Shown piece after piece: positions 57,373 through 64,000 of a stretch of DNA of 64,000 nucleotides. A model generated the notes under the pieces. It worked only from the letters and a program-made list of their open reading frames with translations, was not told the origin of the DNA and ran no database searches. The stretch lies in IMG/VR virus record IMGVR_UViG_3300021399_000117, positions 1 to 64,000 of that record; one strand, written 5' to 3'. The stretch is from a virus. Taxonomy: Duplodnaviria; Caudoviricetes. Numbering within the stretch: the first letter of the stretch is position 1; each line of letters opens with the position of its first letter. The position numbers were made by a program, and so were the translations under genes.

Positions 57373-58677
57373 ATGATATCATTAGATTCATTTGAAAAGA
57401 AACTGGATAAGTTCCGTAATAACAATCCTGAATTGATAGAAGCGTACGAAAGCAAACAAGATGATTCTTTCGATGAATATACGCATGACTTATACCAGAT
57501 GTATGTTAATCTCATTAAGTTAAGACCTACTGCAGATCCTATAGCAACGATTCAATCCGCACTTTGTGAAGCTATCCATAACAATACCAACGTGCTGGAT
57601 GCTTTCGATGCCATTATAGCACGAGCTATGATGGGAGGGGATGATCATAGCACACTTCAACAGTACTTCAAAGAACTCGGACGAGTATACGACAAACACG
57701 ACAACAACTACGACATAGTGTACTGTCCTGAAAACCGGGACAAACTCATCGAGATGAACTTGAAGACGGTCATCAGTATCGCAAAAGGTTACCAAGGCTT
57801 AGGGCTCTCATTGGAAGAACTCATCAGCGCTGGTAACCTTGGTTTGGTTACCTCCTTTGATAAATACGATCCGGATCGTGCCAAACTGAAGGACAACATG
57901 CTGGCTAGTCTAGAAGATCTTCCAGATAATGCAGACCAGGTCACCATTCTCGGGCGGGTATACGAATACATGAAGTACGGAGACATCAAGAAAAAGTTCA
58001 TCAAGACATTTGGTATTACGGAAAAGACCAAAGCTGAAAAAACAGAAGAGTCTGAAGAGGACGAACTGGAAGAGATGATAGGTAAGTCCAAAGCGAAATC
58101 CGAACCAAAGTTGATTGGTTGGAAAGAGTTTACCAAGAACGATGTGTCCAAGTGGATCAAGAAGACCGTACAAAACGCTACTTTCAACTCAGTGGCGTTC
58201 ATGTGGATCCGCGCTTTTATACTAATTGAGATTGATACCAACTCTCGATTGGTCAAGAAACCTAAGTCGGAGATATATAATGACAAACTCAAGTACGGCT
58301 CGTACAAGAAAGAGGTGACTCTAGACATCGATGCACCAGTCAACGATGATGGTAACACCAGCTTTGGAGACATCCTTCAGATTGCGGACGACACCCATAC
58401 GACCATGGATGTGAGCGAGGCATACGATACCTTTAAGGATGGTCTCAACAAACTACTGGATGGAGTCAAACCACGTGATCGTAGTGTATTTCTCAAAAAG
58501 TTCGGCATTGGACTACCACGCCCTATGCTTCCAAAAGAGATAGCAGAACAAGAGAACCTTTCTATCGCACGTATATCACAGATATTCCAATCAGTCATAG
58601 AGCAAATGCAATACAACGCTTCCAAGTATAATATCAATCCCGATATACTATTTGAAGCGGCGCGTAACCTGGATTAA
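57373..58677 (+). CDS. sigma70-family RNA polymerase sigma factor with region-2 insertion
   Basis: NLKTVISIAKGYQGLGLSLEELISAGNLGL..FDKYDP; F.SVAFMWIR; region 4 EIAEQENLSIARISQI. Confidence 0.9.
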   Translation: MISLDSFEKKLDKFRNNNPELIEAYESKQDDSFDEYTHDLYQMYVNLIKLRPTADPIATIQSALCEAIHNNTNVLDAFDAIIARAMMGGDDHSTLQQYFKELGRVYDKHDNNYDIVYCPENRDKLIEMNLKTVISIAKGYQGLGLSLEELISAGNLGLVTSFDKYDPDRAKLKDNMLASLEDLPDNADQVTILGRVYEYMKYGDIKKKFIKTFGITEKTKAEKTEESEEDELEEMIGKSKAKSEPKLIGWKEFTKNDVSKWIKKTVQNATFNSVAFMWIRAFILIEIDTNSRLVKKPKSEIYNDKLKYGSYKKEVTLDIDAPVNDDGNTSFGDILQIADDTHTTMDVSEAYDTFKDGLNKLLDGVKPRDRSVFLKKFGIGLPRPMLPKEIAEQENLSIARISQIFQSVIEQMQYNASKYNINPDILFEAARNLD

Positions 58678-58691
58678 AAAACAAAACTAAA

Positions 58692-58994
58692 ATGAAAATA
58701 GAAATTTGTATAATTTTAGTAACGCTGATAGTATTAGCATTATTATGTGTATTGTTACAGGATCACAGTAGAAATAAAAGAAGAAGACAACAATTATCTT
58801 GTAATCACGATTTCAAATACAAACAGAATGTTTGGGGTTACGAAGGAGATATATTGATGCATCAATATGAATGCACAAAATGCGGAAGAAAAGACTACCT
58901 TATTGCCCGTGATGATCAGGATAAAGATTGGAATCATGGCAAAGGAGATGGAAAGCTTTGTGATATTGACAGACAAGAATGCCCTCGTAATTAA
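58692..58994 (+). CDS. membrane-anchored small Zn-finger protein
   Basis: N-terminal TM, C.H...CTKCG. Confidence 0.65.
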   Translation: MKIEICIILVTLIVLALLCVLLQDHSRNKRRRQQLSCNHDFKYKQNVWGYEGDILMHQYECTKCGRKDYLIARDDQDKDWNHGKGDGKLCDIDRQECPRN

Positions 58995-59034
58995 ACTGTT
59001 CAAAAAAAATTGATGTGCCTTTGGTACTTCGTTA

Positions 59035-59097
59035 ACAAGGTCTTGAAAAACTTTGGAATTTCATTAAATATTTTCAGCTTTTTTAGATATATATACA
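59035..59097 (+). promoter_or_regulatory. TGAAA-N10-TTTCA unit overlapping a putative early/middle promoter
   Basis: ACAAGGTCTTGAAAAACTTTGGAATTTCATTAAA...GATATATATACA. Confidence 0.65.
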
Positions 59098-59113
59098 TAA
59101 AACAAAAAAGCAT

Positions 59114-59290
59114 ATGACTCTTTGGATAGTACTTACAGTGTTTTCTATAGTAATAATGGTAGCCAGTTGGATTCGCAGCAAGACTCACAACGAATCTATA
59201 GATGATGATTCCACTCTGTCCGGCGCGGGATTTGCTATAGGAGCAATGGGGACTCTTTTCTTTGGGATAATAACAATACTTTGTATATAA
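59114..59290 (+). CDS. 58-aa 2-TM membrane protein (not in ORF track)
   Basis: MTLWIVLTVFSIVIMVASWIRS...GFAIGAMGTLFFGIITILCI. Confidence 0.6.
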   Translation: MTLWIVLTVFSIVIMVASWIRSKTHNESIDDDSTLSGAGFAIGAMGTLFFGIITILCI

Positions 59291-59293
59291 GAT

Positions 59294-59482
59294 ATGTCAA
59301 TCCTTTCAATTCTCGGTATGTGCATGATGGCAATATCGTTTGTCGCACAGGTCAATATCGACGCAAAACAAAAAAGTATGGATCCTAAACCACTAACTGA
59401 GGATGAACACAAGTCTCTGACCGCTCAATGGGCATTCTGTTTCAGCCTGGGTGCTTTAGTATTCTTAATAGGACTGCTATGA
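59294..59482 (+). CDS. 62-aa 2-TM membrane protein
   Basis: Two hydrophobic helices. Confidence 0.6.
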   Translation: MSILSILGMCMMAISFVAQVNIDAKQKSMDPKPLTEDEHKSLTAQWAFCFSLGALVFLIGLL

Positions 59483-59775
59483 GCGAACCAAAACCAATAG
59501 AACAACAGGGCAAGGAGTTTGCAGATTCACTACTGGAAGTAGTAGAGACGTCTGGCATCCAGTCTGAGTTAGATAATCCGAAAGAAGCATTCATGAGTGG
59601 ATGTTACTTTGGTGCTACTCAGGGATACAAGAGGGGTGTCAACTTCGCGTTAGTAGAAGCTATCAATCATCTGCCTGATATATATAACATGATAGTTGAA
59701 TCAGGGCATGACATGTCTATCAACTGGGTTGAAGAATATAAGAAATTACTAATCAAAAACATATTTGGAGCATGA
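59479..59775 (+). CDS. hypothetical protein
   Basis: ATG at 59479, ATGA overlaps at both ends. Confidence 0.6.
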   Translation: MSEPKPIEQQGKEFADSLLEVVETSGIQSELDNPKEAFMSGCYFGATQGYKRGVNFALVEAINHLPDIYNMIVESGHDMSINWVEEYKKLLIKNIFGA

Positions 59776-60569
59776 AATATATTGGGATACGTGGTCACAG
59801 AGGTGCTGGTAAGAGTACTGTGGCTTATCTATTAAGTAATACTATTCAATATTTACTGGATCACGGTGATGAACATCCTATTGAGCGATTCACAAAAGAG
59901 TTTAATGGCTGGTGTGAAGAGTTCCGCAACGATGAGACTTGCATATCCAGGTTGGAGTTAGACCGGGTCATCATTGAGGGATTCGGAGATACTCCTCGTA
60001 TGCTGTTGAGCATGTTGACGGGCATCCCTTACAGCGATATGTGGAATGACTACAAGAAAGACCACCAAGTTATCAACCTCAAGAATTTTGAAACAACTGA
60101 AGTAGACGACATCTCGTCCTTCCCAAATAAGTTATGGGAGGCGCGCGAATACTTCATCACCACCACAGCCTCTACCGATCCGGAAGAGCTAAAAGATGAT
60201 GTCTATATGACGCTCCGCGAACTGATTCTGTATTTCGGTATCTACGTTATGCAGAACGCATTTGGATTGAACGTCTGGATCAAGTCTCTAGTGGCTAACA
60301 GCTCGTTCTTCACTGGCCTCTTCCCGGACGACAAGAACGGATACAAGATTTTCCAGGATATCAAAGCACGTTCGGAGATATCCTATATCAAAGATAAAGG
60401 AGGAGTCATCATCAAAGTATCCCGTCCTGGTCACAAAAAGACTGGAGGTATGGATCTGCTCAAAGGCGATTCCCGATATGATTACGAAGTCAATATCACT
60501 GGCGAGCTGGAAGACCTCCGAGATCAGATATTAACCATCGCAAAAAGTATCATCAATGAAAAAGATTGA
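59772..60569 (+). CDS. deoxynucleoside monophosphate kinase (T4 gp1-like)
   Basis: IGIRGHRGAGKST, TLRELILYFG, NVWI, GGVIIKVSR. Confidence 0.75.
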   Translation: MKYIGIRGHRGAGKSTVAYLLSNTIQYLLDHGDEHPIERFTKEFNGWCEEFRNDETCISRLELDRVIIEGFGDTPRMLLSMLTGIPYSDMWNDYKKDHQVINLKNFETTEVDDISSFPNKLWEAREYFITTTASTDPEELKDDVYMTLRELILYFGIYVMQNAFGLNVWIKSLVANSSFFTGLFPDDKNGYKIFQDIKARSEISYIKDKGGVIIKVSRPGHKKTGGMDLLKGDSRYDYEVNITGELEDLRDQILTIAKSIINEKD

Positions 60570-60765
60570 GATTAAAGGTTGGCCCGCTATCATAGCATTC
60601 GGAATCGTCACTTGGCCGTTCTGGTTGGCATACGGAGCATTACGGGGTATTGCTTGGTTGTTCATATGGATACTGTGCTATGGTATAATCAACCCTATCG
60701 AAAAACTATATAACTATATAAAAAGAAAACATCATGAAAGCGTATCGAATCGTAGTCGAAATTAA
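60556..60765 (+). CDS. small membrane protein
   Basis: Hydrophobic core, 69 aa. Confidence 0.55.
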   Translation: MKKIEIKGWPAIIAFGIVTWPFWLAYGALRGIAWLFIWILCYGIINPIEKLYNYIKRKHHESVSNRSRN

Positions 60766-61003
60766 AGACCCCATTCATTCTCCAATCAAGTACATCAGTC
60801 CGAGAGTGTTCCTGTTCCTTCCGTTTAAGTGCGCGTACAAATACGAACAAGAGTTCATTGCTCAATGTAGGGTTCTTTTCAACACAGAAGAGCATGTATA
60901 TCCGGACAATCAAGAACTCAATGTCTATTACAAAGAGTATGAGATTCATCCTCTGCGCGACTTGGTAAACAGGGTGATCTGTGCAGTCAAATACTTTATG
61001 TAA
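60734..61003 (+). CDS. hypothetical protein
   Basis: 89-aa ORF. Confidence 0.55.
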   Translation: MKAYRIVVEIKDPIHSPIKYISPRVFLFLPFKCAYKYEQEFIAQCRVLFNTEEHVYPDNQELNVYYKEYEIHPLRDLVNRVICAVKYFM

Positions 61004-61236
61004 TAGACGATTCCTTTTATTATTGAAAATAAACTACAGAATATGGCACTATTAGACGTTGTTGATAATATAAAGGAACATCTCTGTCATACTCATAAAC
61101 AGCAAGACAATCCCGCTGAATGGAATCTTCATAACATTTCGAACAGTGGTTCTTGGGTAGGGGAGACTATACAAAAAGACTGATCTGTCATTCTGGGGAG
61201 TAAAACATCTTGCAAATAACCTCCATCATATATTTC

Positions 61237-61271
61237 AAAAGACTCAATGGTAAAACATTGAGTCTTTTTTT
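61237..61271 (+). terminator. intrinsic terminator
   Basis: AAAAGACTCAATG-GTAAAA-CATTGAGTCTTTTTTT. Confidence 0.7.
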
Positions 61272-61283
61272 ATATATTTATAC

Positions 61284-61430
61284 ATGCAGATGCAGACCAA
61301 TGAAATAAAAATATTACATCCGGACAATCCAATGATTTGTCCATCCTGTGGGTCCAAACATGTACGCTGCTATGCGGGTATGATGACCAACAGATATGAG
61401 TGTCAGGATTGTCACAAGGAGTGGAGATGA
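61284..61430 (+). CDS. 48-aa Zn-ribbon protein (not in ORF track)
   Basis: CPSCGS...YECQDCHKEW; TATATTTATACA immediately upstream. Confidence 0.6.
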   Translation: MQMQTNEIKILHPDNPMICPSCGSKHVRCYAGMMTNRYECQDCHKEWR

Positions 61431-61434
61431 CAAT

Positions 61435-61725
61435 ATGTTACTAAAAGACAAACTAATTATGGTCTTCTACGTAGGTGTAAAAGACTGTGACATGATTCGT
61501 GCAGCCGAAAGATTAGCCGCGACGCGCAACCACTTTGAATCATTGAACGATGAGAGTGTTGAATTTATTTTCGTACCAAATTTCGAAACCCATTCCTGTA
61601 GAGTAGATGCCATTAACCCTCAACGTATTTCAGATGAGGAATACGAAAAGGTATCGGAGATGGTTGAGAACTACAAGAATCATCTAAAAAAATTCTACGA
61701 GAAACATGGCGAGGTTCAGGGATGA
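61435..61725 (+). CDS. hypothetical protein
   Basis: MLLKDKLIMVFYVGV...INP; ATG at 61435. Confidence 0.65.
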   Translation: MLLKDKLIMVFYVGVKDCDMIRAAERLAATRNHFESLNDESVEFIFVPNFETHSCRVDAINPQRISDEEYEKVSEMVENYKNHLKKFYEKHGEVQG

Positions 61726-62155
61726 TTTCATAGCGGCGCACCCAGCATGGCATTCTGGCCACATATTCGCAGATATGGACCAAGATACGAAAGACGGGTA
61801 TACTGATCTGTACATAGCTGCTGTTTATTGGATGAAAGGATATTTGAATGGTAGAACCATGCCTGAAGATGAGGCATTGAAATATGTGAGCATGCTCTCT
61901 AAACATATCTTGCCTATCATCATCAGATTGCGCCATAACTTCGATATTGATTATACTGACTTCAACAGACTGGTAAAAGAAGTGCTTGCGACTAAGGTAG
62001 AAGGAGTAGACGAGAGCAAAAGGAAGTATTTGGCTGATTTAGGTATTGATGCGGATGTCGAAATAATCCGGGTTATCAATGAGCAACAGGTTCGCAGAAT
62101 TGCCAGACTACATGGTTTTAGTGATCTCGAAATAGAACAACGCATATACTTATGA
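61706..62155 (+). CDS. hypothetical protein
   Basis: 149 aa, coupled to the UvsW gene. Confidence 0.65.
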   Translation: MARFRDDFIAAHPAWHSGHIFADMDQDTKDGYTDLYIAAVYWMKGYLNGRTMPEDEALKYVSMLSKHILPIIIRLRHNFDIDYTDFNRLVKEVLATKVEGVDESKRKYLADLGIDADVEIIRVINEQQVRRIARLHGFSDLEIEQRIYL

Positions 62156-63891
62156 TCAACGCGCTGTATAATCCTGCTGACTTAAGGTACATGTTCTTTA
62201 CAGGAGATATGACTGAGTTGGCTTCTTGTCGGGGAAAAGATAAAAAACATCGGCACCCCAATCTGGAAGACTATCTCAATCCGATTCCATCATACATGTT
62301 CTTGCCTTCCTTTAGAGGGGTACCAAAACCCGAGGTATTTCTCCATAAGTTCAAGAATACCAAAGGACAGATTGTGTACTACTGTCATAGCGGATTATGG
62401 AAGACCGTGTTTGATTGGTGTAAGAAAAAGAACATCGTTGTCGAGGTACAGAACCTGGATCAGTTCAAGTACACTGATTTTGATATGACTCTGGAAGAGT
62501 TCACTGAGTACGTTAACAACTGGGAGATCACACTCAACCCGTACCCATATCAGTTGAAAGCTGCCTGGTTGATACTTCACTACAGACAATCCCTGAGTCA
62601 ACTAGCTACTCGTGCTGGTAAGACACTCATTGCATACATCGTGTTCAGATATATGATTGAACACGGTGCTAACAAGATCCTTATGGTGGTACCCAACACC
62701 ACTCTTATCAAGCAGGCTGTTAAGGATTTCGATGATTATAAAGAATATTTCCTATCCGAGACCGTGTGGGCTGATGGGGAGACTGTCGAAGGAAGTAACC
62801 TGACCATTGGCACGTTCCAGTCTTTAGTCAAGAGAGCGGACAAACGTTCAGTCAAGTACGATCCACACTTTTTCGACCAGTACGATGTGGTATTAGTGGA
62901 CGAAGCCCACACCCTAGCATGTGACTCTATCAACACCATTCTCAATCAGCCGTTCGCCAAGAACCTAAAACTGAAATTTGGTTTCTCAGGATCCTTGCCT
63001 GATGAGAACACCATTGAGTCATTCTGCTGTCATGCTCTGATGGGTCCTACCATACAAGACATACGCAGTAAGGAGCTGATGGACGGAGGTTTTATCACCC
63101 CTATCGACATCACACAGATTCGCATTAAGCACGAGATGACCGAAGAACTCAGACAGACATACGTTCGTTGTGCAGAATATCTGAATAGCAACCCGGTTCA
63201 AGAAACATATATCAACAAGCGAGGTAAGTTGGAAAAACGAAATAAACTCCTGCCTGTCGATCAACGTGAGTTCACTATCCAGGAGGAGCGCCACTTGCCG
63301 TTAGTGCTTCGAGAGATGCAGAATGGGGACCCAGATGAGTACTTCGATTACCTGATCGATCTCTGTAAGGCACGAGGCAGCAATATCCTCATGCTAGAGC
63401 AGATGTTGGTGCATCGGGACAAAAAACGCCTAGATGTGATTGAAGAGTTATTAAACAGGATGCACAAGAATTGCATCGTGTTTGCACATCATACCGAATA
63501 TCTGAAGTTTTTACAAAAGTATTTCACAGAGAAGTTTCCGAATCGCCCCATATATCTCATTACTGGCAACACCGCAGAAAAAGCACGTGAAAAAATCATC
63601 CGTGCCCTACTTACTGACATGGGTGCCATTCTCTTTGCATCATATGGTTGTGTGGGTACTGGTCTGACTCTCAAGAACATCGATTACGGTATCTTTGCGC
63701 AGTCCTTCAAATCTCATATCATCAACAAACAAGCACTCGGTCGTGGTCTGTGTCTGGCTAACGATAAAGAAAAGTACTATTTGTTTGATCTGGTGGATGA
63801 GTACCCTACAGAACGACTAAAAGTACAAGGTATCGAGAAGATGAAACTATACAAGTCCGAGAAGTTCGATACACGTATTATCAAACGATAA
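62152..63891 (+). CDS. uvsW: UvsW-like SF2 DNA helicase
   Basis: PYPYQ, ATRAGKT, DEAH, FSGS, GTGLTLKN, QALGRGL. Confidence 0.9.
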   Translation: MINALYNPADLRYMFFTGDMTELASCRGKDKKHRHPNLEDYLNPIPSYMFLPSFRGVPKPEVFLHKFKNTKGQIVYYCHSGLWKTVFDWCKKKNIVVEVQNLDQFKYTDFDMTLEEFTEYVNNWEITLNPYPYQLKAAWLILHYRQSLSQLATRAGKTLIAYIVFRYMIEHGANKILMVVPNTTLIKQAVKDFDDYKEYFLSETVWADGETVEGSNLTIGTFQSLVKRADKRSVKYDPHFFDQYDVVLVDEAHTLACDSINTILNQPFAKNLKLKFGFSGSLPDENTIESFCCHALMGPTIQDIRSKELMDGGFITPIDITQIRIKHEMTEELRQTYVRCAEYLNSNPVQETYINKRGKLEKRNKLLPVDQREFTIQEERHLPLVLREMQNGDPDEYFDYLIDLCKARGSNILMLEQMLVHRDKKRLDVIEELLNRMHKNCIVFAHHTEYLKFLQKYFTEKFPNRPIYLITGNTAEKAREKIIRALLTDMGAILFASYGCVGTGLTLKNIDYGIFAQSFKSHIINKQALGRGLCLANDKEKYYLFDLVDEYPTERLKVQGIEKMKLYKSEKFDTRIIKR

Positions 63892-63932
63892 AAGAAAAAT
63901 CGCATTATTGCTCGTTTATTTGAGTTCTAATG

Positions 63933-63990
63933 CGATTTTTTATTTGGCTTAATAAAGTACTCAGCTCAAAAAAGATCTTTTGTTAAATCA
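63933..63990. repeat. diverged AGATCT-core element, copy 5
   Basis: TAATAAAGT lies 23 nt before AGATCTTTTGTTA, exactly as in copy 1; left arm degenerate. Confidence 0.55.
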
Positions 63991-64000
63991 AGCTTTTTTC

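Noticed and set aside
57880-58175. Intein in the sigma factor (also considered for the DNA polymerase insertions)
   Set aside because: No N-terminal Cys/Ser block, no His-Asn followed by Cys/Ser/Thr, and no LAGLIDADG motifs.
57520-58637. Antisense ORFs of 60-194 aa (here and throughout the window)
   Set aside because: They lie wholly opposite well-supported genes and have no motifs; they are expected shadow ORFs.
1-64000. Stop-codon reassignment (TAG=Gln as in Lak and some crAss-like phages)
   Set aside because: Long conserved genes (981, 1046 and 1102 aa) are intact in code 11, coding density is high, and TAG terminates nrdG at a plausible position.

Overview
This 64-kb window comes from a large T4-like (myovirus-type) dsDNA phage. 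The host is probably Bacteroidota, inferred from A-rich start regions without Shine-Dalgarno motifs, a BspA-type LRR protein, and a BT4734/VirE-N-type primase domain. It uses the standard genetic code. Plus-strand blocks carry many small hypothetical genes and replication or nucleotide-metabolism genes: family-B DNA polymerase, gp47/Mre11 nuclease, RNase H/5'-exonuclease, gp32-like SSB, UvsW helicase, primase-SF2 helicase fusion, NrdG, dUTPase/dCTP deaminase, thymidine kinase, dNMP kinase, RNA ligase and a sigma70 factor. Mostly minus-strand blocks carry virion genes (neck, baseplate gp6/gp25/gp26/gp5-like, gp15-like); the terminase, gp2 and gp4 genes are on the plus strand. The most notable observations are: (1) five copies of a ~70-95 bp imperfect palindrome with paired AGATCT cores at near-fixed spacing, found at ends of plus-strand transcription blocks roughly every 10-16 kb; (2) two phage-specific promoter-like motifs, CAYTAAA-N17/18-TATATWTATA and TTATTATA, plus a sigma factor with a ~98-aa insertion in region 2; (3) several late-class enzymes and proteins, including a minimal protein kinase and a RimK-aspartic protease fusion, with N-termini resembling T4 capsid-targeting sequences, suggesting a packaged and injected enzyme payload; (4) an unannotated 52-aa basic ORF with an ArfA/BrfA-like tail. 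All calls come from motif recognition by eye; no database searches were run.
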